A stretch of DNA of 64,000 nucleotides from a virus (Duplodnaviria; Caudoviricetes). The stretch covers positions 276-64,275 of the IMG/VR virus record IMGVR_UViG_3300009159_000072; one strand, 5' to 3'. How positions within the stretch are numbered: the first letter of the stretch is position 1; each line of letters starts with the position of its first letter. The position numbers and the translations under genes were made by a program. Under the pieces are notes generated by a model. That model was not told where the DNA came from and ran no database searches. It worked only from the letters and a program-made list of their open reading frames with translations. Below are positions 29,404-38,507 of the stretch, piece by piece.

Positions 29404-29937
29404 ATGATTACAGCAATATCAACAACACCAATTAACCAGAATTTTCTTCACCCAAATAAGTTCCAGATGAACTTTGCTCGGTTGCCAGATATGCAATTCT
29501 TTTGTCAGTCTGTAAACGTACCTGGTATTTCATTAGGTGAAATTTCCGTACCTACTCCTTTCGTTGAAATGTATTCTCCGGGAGAAAAAGCAATTTATGA
29601 TATATTAAATGTAACTTTTGCTATTGATGAAGATATGCAATCATGGTTAAAAATACATGATTGGATTCGTGCTATGACGTTTCCAGAAGACTTTGACCAG
29701 TACAAACAACTGGGTAGATTATCTAGCAAAATAAGTAATCCAGCGGCGCCACAATTCTCAGATGCAACTTTAACGATACTTTCTTCAGCTTACACGCCCA
29801 ATATAAGATTCAAATTTACCAATTTGTTTCCTACTTCTCTTTCTTCTTTTGTACTAGCTACGGCAGATAGCCCACAATCAATATTAACTGCCGATGTATC
29901 GTTCAGATTTACCTACTATACTATTGACAAATTTTGA
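29404..29937 (+). CDS. gp3: Tail completion/tube terminator protein gp3
   Basis: NFL.PNKF, FFCQSVNVPGISLG, F.IDEDM..W..I.DW, SDATL.IL and FPTSLS motifs. Confidence 0.85.
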   Translation: MITAISTTPINQNFLHPNKFQMNFARLPDMQFFCQSVNVPGISLGEISVPTPFVEMYSPGEKAIYDILNVTFAIDEDMQSWLKIHDWIRAMTFPEDFDQYKQLGRLSSKISNPAAPQFSDATLTILSSAYTPNIRFKFTNLFPTSLSSFVLATADSPQSILTADVSFRFTYYTIDKF

Positions 29938-29952
29938 TAAATGATGTAAACT
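29924..29952 (+). promoter_or_regulatory. Sigma70-type promoter for uvsY
   Basis: TTGACA-17 nt-TAAACT. Confidence 0.6.
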
Positions 29953-29971
29953 CCTAAAAGGAGATTTCGTA

Positions 29972-30406
29972 ATGACTAAACTTGATGAACTAATGACAGA
30001 ATGGAGTAAAGACTCCCAGATTGACCGTACCGAACCAGGTAAGGCTCTAATTGACATATCCAAACTACACTCAAAATACTTGAATATTCTTTCTAGGCAT
30101 AAGTTATTGTCTAAAGAAGCTGAGTTCCGATTTAATAAAATGAAGAAAATTAAATGGGAATATTATACAGGTAAAATGGGAGATGATGACCTAAAGAAAT
30201 ATGGTTGGACTCCTTTTCCTTTTGTACTCAAATCTGACATTGCTACATATATGGATGCTGATGATGATTTGAATAAACATCTAGCAAATAAAATGATGCA
30301 TGAAGAAGTTGTGGATAGTTGTGAGCTTATAATGAAAGAATTACATAGCAGAACTTTTCAATTAAAATCATTCATAGATTGGGAGAGGTTCATTCAGGGT
30401 GTATGA
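29972..30406 (+). CDS. uvsY: Recombination mediator UvsY
   Basis: W..DS.ID, LHSKYL, KWEYYTGK and R.FQLK..IDW..F motifs; lies next to uvsW. Confidence 0.88.
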   Translation: MTKLDELMTEWSKDSQIDRTEPGKALIDISKLHSKYLNILSRHKLLSKEAEFRFNKMKKIKWEYYTGKMGDDDLKKYGWTPFPFVLKSDIATYMDADDDLNKHLANKMMHEEVVDSCELIMKELHSRTFQLKSFIDWERFIQGV

Positions 30407-31868
30407 TGTAATAGTACATAAAGTAAATGAAGCGTTTGTTAGTATAGAATGTGAAAGAAGTTTAGCTCAAGAAGTTTCCGACCATTTTACATTTTACGTA
30501 CCAAATCACCAATTTACTCCAGCGTTCCGTAATCGATTATGGGATGGTAAAATTAGACTTCTAGATTTAAGGTCAAATCAAATATATTATGGTTTGTTGC
30601 CTTACCTAGAAAAGTTTTGTATTGATAGAGAATATAAAATTCACTTTGACCGTGATGTGGATGTTACAGAAAACATTTCACTCAAAGAAGCAAAAGACTT
30701 TATTGCTACTTTAAATTTACCAACTAACTTGGAACAAAGAGATTATCAAATTGAATCTTTTGTTCATGCGATTCGTAATAAGAGAGTTTTATTGTTGTCA
30801 CCAACTTCTTCAGGTAAATCTCTTATTCAATACCTGATTATTAGACATATACAAACGCAATGTAAGAAAGGCTTGATGATTGTTCCACGTACATCATTAG
30901 CTGAACAAATGTATACCGATTTTGCTTCTTATGGATACGATTCAGAAAAATATTGTCACAGACAGTATGCAGGTAAGGATAAATTTACCGACAAGTTTCT
31001 GACAATAACAACTTGGCAATCAATCTACACATTACCTAAAGAATATTTTGAACAATTTGATTTTGTTCTTGGTGATGAAGCACATGAATTCAAAGCAAAG
31101 TCTTTGACCACAATCATGTCTGGTTTAGAAAATACAAAATATCGTATTGGTTGCACTGGAACTTTAGATGGTACTCAAACACACAAACTGGTGCTTGAAG
31201 GTTTGTTTGGTCCTGTATTGAAAGTTATTACCACCAAAGAATTGATGGATAAAAATTATGTTGCAGATTTCGAAATTAAATGTTTGATTTTAAAATATCC
31301 AAAAGAAATATGTTCAGAAATAAAAAAACTAGACTATCATGGAGAGATTGACTACATAGTTAAGAACACTGCTAGAAATAACTTCATTAAAAATTTATCA
31401 CTATCACTCAAAGGCAATAGTCTTATTTTGTTTCAGTTGGTAGAAAAACATGGTAAAGAGTTACATAAAATAATTGATGCGGAAAAAGGCAGTAGAAAAG
31501 TATTTTTCGTATATGGTGCAACAGATGTTCAAGTTAGAGAAGATGTCCGTAGAATTGTGGAAAAAGAAAATGATGCCATCATTGTTGCGTCTTATGGTAC
31601 CTTTTCTACTGGGGTTAATATTAGGAATCTTCACAATGTTATTTTTGCAAGTCCTTCTAAATCAAGAATTAGAAACTTGCAGTCTATCGGAAGAGGTTTA
31701 CGAAAAGGCGATAATAAAACACAAGCAATACTATTCGATATAGCTGATGATTTCAGAATAGGTAAACATAAAAATTTTACCTTGAATCATTTCGTTGAGA
31801 GAGTTAAGATTTATGAAGAAGAGAAATTCACCTACAAATTTTACCCTATAGAGTTAAAAAATGGATAA
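30399..31868 (+). CDS. uvsW: SF2 DNA helicase UvsW
   Basis: WDGKIRL, SPTSSGKS, DEAH and QSIGRGLR motifs. Confidence 0.95.
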   Translation: MYDVIVHKVNEAFVSIECERSLAQEVSDHFTFYVPNHQFTPAFRNRLWDGKIRLLDLRSNQIYYGLLPYLEKFCIDREYKIHFDRDVDVTENISLKEAKDFIATLNLPTNLEQRDYQIESFVHAIRNKRVLLLSPTSSGKSLIQYLIIRHIQTQCKKGLMIVPRTSLAEQMYTDFASYGYDSEKYCHRQYAGKDKFTDKFLTITTWQSIYTLPKEYFEQFDFVLGDEAHEFKAKSLTTIMSGLENTKYRIGCTGTLDGTQTHKLVLEGLFGPVLKVITTKELMDKNYVADFEIKCLILKYPKEICSEIKKLDYHGEIDYIVKNTARNNFIKNLSLSLKGNSLILFQLVEKHGKELHKIIDAEKGSRKVFFVYGATDVQVREDVRRIVEKENDAIIVASYGTFSTGVNIRNLHNVIFASPSKSRIRNLQSIGRGLRKGDNKTQAILFDIADDFRIGKHKNFTLNHFVERVKIYEEEKFTYKFYPIELKNG

Positions 31869-32259
31869 CATACAAATTATCAGATTACGTGACGGTGAAG
31901 ATATTATTGCTAACATAGCAAAGTCAGACCATAGTATATTTCATCTTACAAACCCAATGACACTTTTTCATAAAAGAATGTCTGAAGGTAAAATGGTAGT
32001 CTTTATGACACCTTGGTTGCCTATTGAAATCATTCAATTAAATGAAGCTAAGATATTCTGCAATGAAGTTCTTACTATTGTTGAACCTAAGAAATCTATG
32101 ATGGAATATTATGTAAAAGCAGTGACTGAGATGAATGAAAACCTTAAACATCTAGAAGAAAATATCTCTGTGTATGATGGAGATGAGATAGAAGAAGAGG
32201 AAGAACCAACAGAACAACTACAGGTTCAGGAAGATATAACCAATAAGGTAATACATTAA
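31861..32259 (+). CDS. Conserved hypothetical T4-like protein (Sm-like fold likely)
   Basis: IIRL..GEDIIA and PWLP motifs; located between uvsW and gp55. Confidence 0.7.
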   Translation: MDNIQIIRLRDGEDIIANIAKSDHSIFHLTNPMTLFHKRMSEGKMVVFMTPWLPIEIIQLNEAKIFCNEVLTIVEPKKSMMEYYVKAVTEMNENLKHLEENISVYDGDEIEEEEEPTEQLQVQEDITNKVIH

Positions 32260-32334
32260 GATGGAACACCAACGATTGTACAGAGATTTCCATCCTTTGT
32301 CAACCATTATTTAAGGCAATAGTAAAAATAATAT

Positions 32335-32363
32335 TTGATTTAACTTGAGAAACGTGATATACT
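32335..32363 (+). promoter_or_regulatory. Sigma70-type promoter for gp55
   Basis: TTGATT-17 nt-TATACT with an extended TG. Confidence 0.6.
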
Positions 32364-32369
32364 ACCTTT

Positions 32370-32978
32370 ATGAATGAAACCCTCGCCACTGGAAATCCAG
32401 TAATGTCCAAATCCAAACATTATGTCAATAATGCAGACTTTTTAATTGCATTAAACGAATACAACCAAACTTGTGAAAATTGTAGGGCTTCAGGTAAAAC
32501 TGAACCTAATATTCCAAATTATATTGGTGAGTGTTTTCTAAAAATTGCTACACACTTATCCCGCAAACCAAATTTTATATCATATTCATTCCGTGAAGAA
32601 ATGATTGGTGATGGTATCGAAAACTGCATGATGTATTTCAGAAATTTTGATCCATCCAAATCATCCAATCCGTTTGCATACTTTACTCAAATTATTTACT
32701 TTGCTTTTCTCCGAAGAATTCAAAAAGAAAAGAAACAACTGTATGTAAAATACAAAGCTACTGAACAATTTGGTCTTCTAGATGAAGGTGAAATGTATGA
32801 GGACGCTGAAGGTAACATGAAACAGTTTGTACTTTATGATAACATTTCCGAATTCATTCATACATTTGAAGATAAGAAAGCGGCAAAAAAGAAAACAAAA
32901 ACCAAGGGGCTTGACAAATTCATAGAACCTGATATAATCGAAGACATGCTATTGCCTAATGATGGAGAATTTGAATGA
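32370..32978 (+). CDS. gp55: Late-transcription sigma factor gp55
   Basis: HYVNN..F, YIGECFLKIA..LS.KPNF..Y and NPFAYFTQIIYFAFLRRIQKEKKQ motifs. Confidence 0.95.
   Translation: MNETLATGNPVMSKSKHYVNNADFLIALNEYNQTCENCRASGKTEPNIPNYIGECFLKIATHLSRKPNFISYSFREEMIGDGIENCMMYFRNFDPSKSSNPFAYFTQIIYFAFLRRIQKEKKQLYVKYKATEQFGLLDEGEMYEDAEGNMKQFVLYDNISEFIHTFEDKKAAKKKTKTKGLDKFIEPDIIEDMLLPNDGEFE
32911..32938 (+). promoter_or_regulatory. Sigma70-type promoter inside the 3' end of gp55
   Basis: TTGACA-16 nt-TATAAT with an extended TG. Confidence 0.65.
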
Positions 32979-33403
32979 AAGTTGGATTTACTTGCTCAAC
33001 GTTTGACCTGTTTCATGCAGGTCATATTATGATGTTAAAAGATGCCAGAGAAAAATGTTCATACCTGATTGTTGGGTTGCAAACCGATCCAACGATTGAC
33101 CGAGTAGAAAAGAACAAACCTGTACAGTCGGTATTTGAAAGATTCATTCAACTAGATGCTTGTAAATATGTTGATGAAATTATTGTTTATGCTACCGAAA
33201 AAGAACTGCTAGATATTCTTCAGTCATATGCAATTGATGTTCGTATTGTTGGTGAAGAATACCAAGATATGTCATTCACCGGTAAAGAACTTCCTATTGA
33301 AATTTACTACAACAAACGCAGACATAGTTTTTCTACTACAGAATTACGCAAACGGGTACAAGAAGCCGAGTCATTGAAATCTGCTAAAAACGATAAGTGG
33401 TAA
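32975..33403 (+). CDS. Cytidylyltransferase (TagD/glycerol-3-phosphate cytidylyltransferase-like)
   Basis: TFDLFHAGH (HxGH), VGLQTD, YVDEI and FSTTELR motifs. Confidence 0.88.
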   Translation: MKVGFTCSTFDLFHAGHIMMLKDAREKCSYLIVGLQTDPTIDRVEKNKPVQSVFERFIQLDACKYVDEIIVYATEKELLDILQSYAIDVRIVGEEYQDMSFTGKELPIEIYYNKRRHSFSTTELRKRVQEAESLKSAKNDKW

Positions 33404-33404
33404 T

Positions 33405-34478
33405 ATGCGTATTGCTTTAATAAATGATACACATGCCGGCGCCCGTGGTGATAGTCTACTGTTTAATGAATTCTTTTTTAAATTCTGGGAAAAAACTTTC
33501 TTTCCTTATCTAAAAGAAAATAATATCAAACACATCATACACTTAGGTGATGTTGTTGACCGTAGGAAATTCATTAACTACGTCATCCTCAATCAATGGA
33601 GAACTAGATTCTTTGATATACTTAAAACTGAAGGCATCACCATGGATGTTATCGTAGGTAACCATGATGTATCTTATAAGAACACGAATGAGATTAATGC
33701 TATCGATGAGTTGTTTGCTCACTATGAAAATATCAATGTTTACATTAATCCAAAAGAAGTTACATTTGATGGAACAACCGTATCTTTGGTTCCTTGGATT
33801 AACTCAAGTAATTATGAAGAATCGTTGGAGTTTTTGAAGACTACAAAGACAGAAATTGTTTTTGGTCATTTTGAAATTGCTGGTTTTGAAATGGACCGCG
33901 GTAACGTTTGTCACTCTGGTCTGAATCGTGACATGTTTGACCGTTTTGATATTGTCATGTCTGGTCACTTTCACCATAAATCTTCTGATGGAACAATCTT
34001 CTATCTTGGTAATCAATATGAAATTACTTGGGCAGATTATGGTGATACTCGTGGATTTCATGTGTTTGATACATCAACCCGTGAGATTGAATTTGTTGCC
34101 AATCCTAATAGAATGTTCTACAAAGTTTCTTATGATGATACTACACAAGACTTTGAATATTGGAAAACATATGACTTTAGCCAGCACAAAAATACTTATG
34201 TAAAAGTCGTTGTAGTCAATAAGAACAATGCATACCTGTTCGATTATGTTGTTGACCAAATGTATAAGTCTGCTGTTGCTGATGTTGCTATCGTTGAAGA
34301 CTTCAGTGAAATTTCGGTAGATGAAGATGATGAGATTGTCAATCAGGCAGAAGATACAATGACAATACTTTCTAAGTACATTGATGGCTTGACAGTCAAT
34401 GTGGAACCTGCTAAACTGAAGAACTTAATGCGAGAACTATATGTTGAGTCGCTGAATGTTGAAGTAACTACAGAATGA
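33405..34478 (+). CDS. gp47: Recombination endonuclease subunit gp47 (Mre11/SbcD-like)
   Basis: DTH.G.R, HLGD..DRRK, GNHD and SGHFH motifs. Confidence 0.95.
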   Translation: MRIALINDTHAGARGDSLLFNEFFFKFWEKTFFPYLKENNIKHIIHLGDVVDRRKFINYVILNQWRTRFFDILKTEGITMDVIVGNHDVSYKNTNEINAIDELFAHYENINVYINPKEVTFDGTTVSLVPWINSSNYEESLEFLKTTKTEIVFGHFEIAGFEMDRGNVCHSGLNRDMFDRFDIVMSGHFHHKSSDGTIFYLGNQYEITWADYGDTRGFHVFDTSTREIEFVANPNRMFYKVSYDDTTQDFEYWKTYDFSQHKNTYVKVVVVNKNNAYLFDYVVDQMYKSAVADVAIVEDFSEISVDEDDEIVNQAEDTMTILSKYIDGLTVNVEPAKLKNLMRELYVESLNVEVTTE

Positions 34479-36187
34479 TTTTTTTCAAGTCTATTAAATT
34501 TAAAAACTTTATCTCAACTGGAAATTATTGGACACAAATTAATTTTGATAGGTCTAACAATACTTTGGTTGTAGGTACAAATGGTGCAGGCAAATCCACT
34601 ATGTTGGATGCTTTGTGCTTTGTGCTTTTCGGTAAAGCATTTCGTAATATCAATAAACCACAGTTGGTCAATAGTATCAATCAAAAAGATTGTGTGGTTG
34701 AAATTGAACTTTCCATAGGTACAAAACAGTATAGAGTTGTACGTGGGATAAAACCAAATATTTTTGAAATTTATTTGGATGGTGAACTCTTGAATCAAGA
34801 TGCGGCTAATAAAGATTATCAGGAACATCTTGAAAAATTTATACTGAAACTTAATTACAAGTCATTTACACAAATTGTAATTCTTGGTTCAGCCTCTTTC
34901 ACACCCTTTATGCAATTGTCTACCTCAGACCGAAGAGCTATCATTGAGGACTTATTAGACATTCAGATTTTTTCTACAATGAATAGTGTTCTTCGAGATA
35001 AATTAATGTTGAACAAAGAATCTATTGTATCCAATAAGACTCAATATGAGTTGGTGGAAACAAAACATGGAATGCAGGACAATCATATCACTACATTAAA
35101 ACAGAATAATGATGATATGATTTTAGTTAAACAGAATGAGATTACCAACACACTTACTCATATTGAAACTACACAAAAGAATATTGATGCACTAAATGAA
35201 GAAGTTGCAACTTTACAATCATCTATTGATGACACTGGTTTGGTTGATGGTAAAATTAAAAAGTTAAATCAACTTGAAACTCAAATTGAAAGCAATCTAT
35301 CCAAGTATAAAAAAGACTTGAAATTCTTTCAACACAGTGATGATTGTCCTACTTGCCATCAAAGTATACCTCAAGATTTTAAGCAACAACAAATTACCGA
35401 CCTGAATGGAAAGATTACAGATAGAGAAACCGGACTAACCAATATTGAAAAACTGATTTTAGAACAAAATTCTCGAATCAATGAAATTCAATCCATTACC
35501 AAAAAAATTCAATTGAGACAGGTCAACGTTGCTTCAAACAACATGTCTATTGTTGAATCAAACAAGTATATTGGAAAATTACAACAAGACATAAAACAAT
35601 TGTCAGAAACCAAGGAAGACTTGTTTCTGGAAACTGGTAAACTTCTCGCATTGAAAACACAATTACAAGAGTTAGAAGCCAGTAAAAAAGAATTGATAGA
35701 AGAGAAGACATATTTGGATGCGGCCTCGTTGTTACTAAAAGATACAGGCATCAAAACAAAAATCATCAAACAATATTTGCCAATTATCAATAAGTTGGTA
35801 AATAAGTATCTAGCCTCTTTGGATTTCTTTGTTAACTTTAACCTTGATGAATCATTTAAAGAAACTATCAAGTCTCGTCACCGTGATGAGTTTAGCTATG
35901 CATCTTTCAGTGAAGGTGAAAAGCAACGTATTGATATGGCTCTGATGTTAACTTGGCGTGCTGTTGCTAAACTGAAGAACTCCACAAATACAAACCTTCT
36001 TATTTTGGATGAGGTGTTTGATTCGTCACTAGATAATAATGGTACAGAATATTTAATGAGCATTTTACAGATGCTAGAAGATGTTAACTTGTTTGTCATT
36101 TCACACAAAGGTGATATTTTACAAGATAAATTTAGGTCTGTATTACGTTTTGAAAAAGTTAATAATTTTAGTAGGATAGCAACATGA
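34475..36187 (+). CDS. gp46: Recombination ATPase subunit gp46 (Rad50/SbcC-like)
   Basis: GTNGAGKST, CPTC zinc hook, FSEGEKQRID and LILDEVFDSSLD motifs. Confidence 0.96.
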   Translation: MIFFKSIKFKNFISTGNYWTQINFDRSNNTLVVGTNGAGKSTMLDALCFVLFGKAFRNINKPQLVNSINQKDCVVEIELSIGTKQYRVVRGIKPNIFEIYLDGELLNQDAANKDYQEHLEKFILKLNYKSFTQIVILGSASFTPFMQLSTSDRRAIIEDLLDIQIFSTMNSVLRDKLMLNKESIVSNKTQYELVETKHGMQDNHITTLKQNNDDMILVKQNEITNTLTHIETTQKNIDALNEEVATLQSSIDDTGLVDGKIKKLNQLETQIESNLSKYKKDLKFFQHSDDCPTCHQSIPQDFKQQQITDLNGKITDRETGLTNIEKLILEQNSRINEIQSITKKIQLRQVNVASNNMSIVESNKYIGKLQQDIKQLSETKEDLFLETGKLLALKTQLQELEASKKELIEEKTYLDAASLLLKDTGIKTKIIKQYLPIINKLVNKYLASLDFFVNFNLDESFKETIKSRHRDEFSYASFSEGEKQRIDMALMLTWRAVAKLKNSTNTNLLILDEVFDSSLDNNGTEYLMSILQMLEDVNLFVISHKGDILQDKFRSVLRFEKVNNFSRIAT

Positions 36188-36384
36188 CACAAAAATATGA
36201 TGAAGACCTAATTCCATTGCAGTCTCATTTTGAAGGTAGTAAAATGGCAACTGTTTACCTCAAGGGTGATGAAGAGTATATTGTTTTGTTATCAGATGAA
36301 GACACTGGTTTTAGAGACAAACAATTTTTTGAAACTGAAGTTAAGGCGGAAGATTACGCTGAAAATTGGGTACTAGGAGTATAA
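36184..36384 (+). CDS. Small hypothetical protein
   Basis: 66-aa ORF coupled to gp46, ending AEDYAENWVLG. Confidence 0.65.
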   Translation: MTQKYDEDLIPLQSHFEGSKMATVYLKGDEEYIVLLSDEDTGFRDKQFFETEVKAEDYAENWVLGV

Positions 36385-36385
36385 T

Positions 36386-36955
36386 ATGAGTGAATATTTA
36401 ACAATCAACACCTCGCCTGAGAAGGTCAAAAAAGAATTGGTGCCATATGAAGTATATGCTGATGGTAGTCCATCACTGTCTTTTAAGCCTGCCGAAATTC
36501 CAATGGAAGACATTAAGAATCCGCAGATGCAGGAGATGATTGAACGATTGAAATTGACAATGAAAGTCTATAATGGTTTAGGACTATCTGCTACACAGTG
36601 TGGTATGAATGCACGTTTATTCGTTATGGGTTCTGATGTATTTCAAATGGTCTGTATCAATCCAAAAATTGTAAAAACATTTGGTGATATGGAACGATTG
36701 AAAGAAGGTTGCTTGTCTTTTCCAGGTATGTACTTGTCGATTCCACGATTCAAAAAGATTGCCGTAGAATTCCAGAACCAAGAAGGCAAGACTATTACTA
36801 CCGAACTTGAAGGCATTTCTGCTCAAGTTTACCAGCATGAGCTTGACCATATGAACGGCGTGTGTTATACTAAGCATGTTGGACCTTTAGCTATAAAGAT
36901 GGCTAAACAGAAACGAGCAAAACTGATTAAGAAAATTAACGGAGCTACACGATGA
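36386..36955 (+). CDS. def: Peptide deformylase
   Basis: GLGLSATQ, EGCLSFP and QHELDH motifs. Confidence 0.93.
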   Translation: MSEYLTINTSPEKVKKELVPYEVYADGSPSLSFKPAEIPMEDIKNPQMQEMIERLKLTMKVYNGLGLSATQCGMNARLFVMGSDVFQMVCINPKIVKTFGDMERLKEGCLSFPGMYLSIPRFKKIAVEFQNQEGKTITTELEGISAQVYQHELDHMNGVCYTKHVGPLAIKMAKQKRAKLIKKINGATR

Positions 36956-38295
36956 CTATAGATGATTCAAATTGGACAGATGATATTAAAAAACAATGGA
37001 GTGATTGGTCAGACGCCAATCCAGTAGATTCGTTTCGTGATGTAGATTATGATGAATTGAAATCTCGTGTCATTACCGAACTCAGTTATGTTTCACAGAT
37101 GGATGTCAAAGAGTATACTTTGTATCAGAAGTGGTGTGAAGTGCATGAGAAGTTTCCTACACAAAAAATCTCAACTCTTTTCGGTGATGAAGTCAGTCTA
37201 CTTGATCCAGAACAAGGTGAATTGATTGACTCTATCAAAAATAATATCTGGATTCCAGAAAAACCTGAAGACTACCTAAAACTTGAACCTGTACTAGAGT
37301 ACACTGATGATTCTGGTGAGTTTTTCACAACAGGGGTTGACGGTACACAAATCACCAATTTGAAGAAACGTAGTAAGTCTTTACCTAAGACTTGTAACAC
37401 CGCACGTACATTCATCTCCTCAATGAAGAACAATTCAAATATTGGTCGCAATCTTAACTTCATGATAAAAGATTCGGTGACAAATAAATATCTCGGTATA
37501 ATTTGTATCTCTTCTGACTTTCTTGACTTAACACCACGTGATAGTTACATTGGCTGGCCACGTGATGTTAAGACACAGGGTAGAATGATTAATCACACCG
37601 CAATCGGCTCAACGATTGTTCCTTTCCAACCCCTTGGTTTCAACTATGTTGGTGGTAAGTTGCTTTCTCTACTTTGTCTATCTGATGATGTGCAAAATCT
37701 TTGGAAAAAATTATATGGTGATACCCTCGTTGCTGTGACTACAACTTCACTTTATGGTAAAACAAAAGCTGGCGGGTTATCTCAGTATGATAATTTGGAT
37801 CACTGGAAACCAATGGGGTTTACTTCTGGTTCGGTTTCGTTTGAACCAGCTAAAAGAACTCGTAAAGACATTGAAGCATGGTTGAAAAAGAATCATACTC
37901 AAAAATATTTTGAATGGTACGTTGCAACGAATCCTGCTGGTCAACCATTCAAACGTGACCACAAGAATCGTTCATTGAACTTCACGTATGGCAAGATGGC
38001 TGTACCAAAAGAGTTGATTCGTTCCGAACATGCCCGTGGTATCTATTTCAGTCCTTTGTATGATAACTCTCGTGAATTCTTGAGGAAAGAAATTGGTGAG
38101 GACCAACTGGTCAAATCATTTGATACTAGTACTGAAGCATTAGTAAAAATCTGGAAAGAAAAACATGCCAAAGGTCGTATCAAACAACTAATGAAAAAGA
38201 ATACAGTTTCCTATGAAACTCTTTTCTATGATGATTTGATATACATGAACTGGGAAGAAACTAAAACTAAATACCTCAGTCAGGTTGGTCGGTAA
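36952..38295 (+). CDS. DruA/DUF4338-like protein (putative GNAT/Mom-like modification enzyme)
   Basis: GRNL.F.IKD....KYLG.I, RD.YIGW, P.G.NY.GGKL and TTTSLYG...SQYD.L motifs, recognised from memory as the DUF4338 family. Confidence 0.7.
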   Translation: MTIDDSNWTDDIKKQWSDWSDANPVDSFRDVDYDELKSRVITELSYVSQMDVKEYTLYQKWCEVHEKFPTQKISTLFGDEVSLLDPEQGELIDSIKNNIWIPEKPEDYLKLEPVLEYTDDSGEFFTTGVDGTQITNLKKRSKSLPKTCNTARTFISSMKNNSNIGRNLNFMIKDSVTNKYLGIICISSDFLDLTPRDSYIGWPRDVKTQGRMINHTAIGSTIVPFQPLGFNYVGGKLLSLLCLSDDVQNLWKKLYGDTLVAVTTTSLYGKTKAGGLSQYDNLDHWKPMGFTSGSVSFEPAKRTRKDIEAWLKKNHTQKYFEWYVATNPAGQPFKRDHKNRSLNFTYGKMAVPKELIRSEHARGIYFSPLYDNSREFLRKEIGEDQLVKSFDTSTEALVKIWKEKHAKGRIKQLMKKNTVSYETLFYDDLIYMNWEETKTKYLSQVGR

Positions 38296-38320
38296 ACAAC
38301 CAGTTTTCTGGTTGTTTTTT
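38294..38320 (+). terminator. Hairpin/terminator after the DruA-like gene
   Basis: Perfect 10-bp stem AAACAACCAG-TTTT-CTGGTTGTTT followed by T residues. Confidence 0.65.
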
Positions 38321-38349
38321 ACAAAAAAAGCCTATATAATAGTATCACT

Positions 38350-38412
38350 GCGGTTTTCCGTGAAACGTGTCTCCCAAGACAAAAGTTGGTTAAACTCCAT
38401 AAAGCCGCTCCA
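38350..38412 (+). ncRNA. Miniature non-canonical tRNA-Gly(CCC)-like RNA, 63 nt
   Basis: Acceptor stem GCGGTTT/AAGCCGC plus discriminator T and encoded CCA; mini D-arm CGT-GAA-ACG; anticodon arm TGTC-TCCCAA-GACA; T-arm GTTGG-TTAAACT-CCATA. TATAAT at 38335-38340 upstream and a terminator downstream. Confidence 0.72.
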
Positions 38413-38419
38413 AATTTGA

Positions 38420-38453
38420 AGCCTGTTGTATTTTTACGACAGGCTATTTTTTT
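38420..38453 (+). terminator. Terminator after the tRNA-like gene
   Basis: AGCCTGTTGT-ATTTTT-ACGACAGGCT stem followed by A and a T-run. Confidence 0.7.
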
Positions 38454-38455
38454 GC

Positions 38456-38483
38456 TTGACATAAGTTATGGACCGTGTATAAT
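38456..38483 (+). promoter_or_regulatory. Consensus sigma70 (early) promoter
   Basis: TTGACA-16 nt-TATAAT upstream of the CobT-like gene. Confidence 0.75.
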
Positions 38484-38507
38484 TCATCCATACGTTAAGG
38501 AATTCAG

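Noticed and set aside
36952-38295. Complete Druantia anti-phage defence system
   Set aside because: Only a DruA-like gene is present. There is no DruE helicase or other partner, and the context is a lytic phage core region.
38350-38412. Canonical translational tRNA-Gly
   Set aside because: It is too short (63 nt), with a 6-nt anticodon loop, no D-loop GG, no TTC and a mismatched T-stem. Reported as a tRNA-like ncRNA instead.
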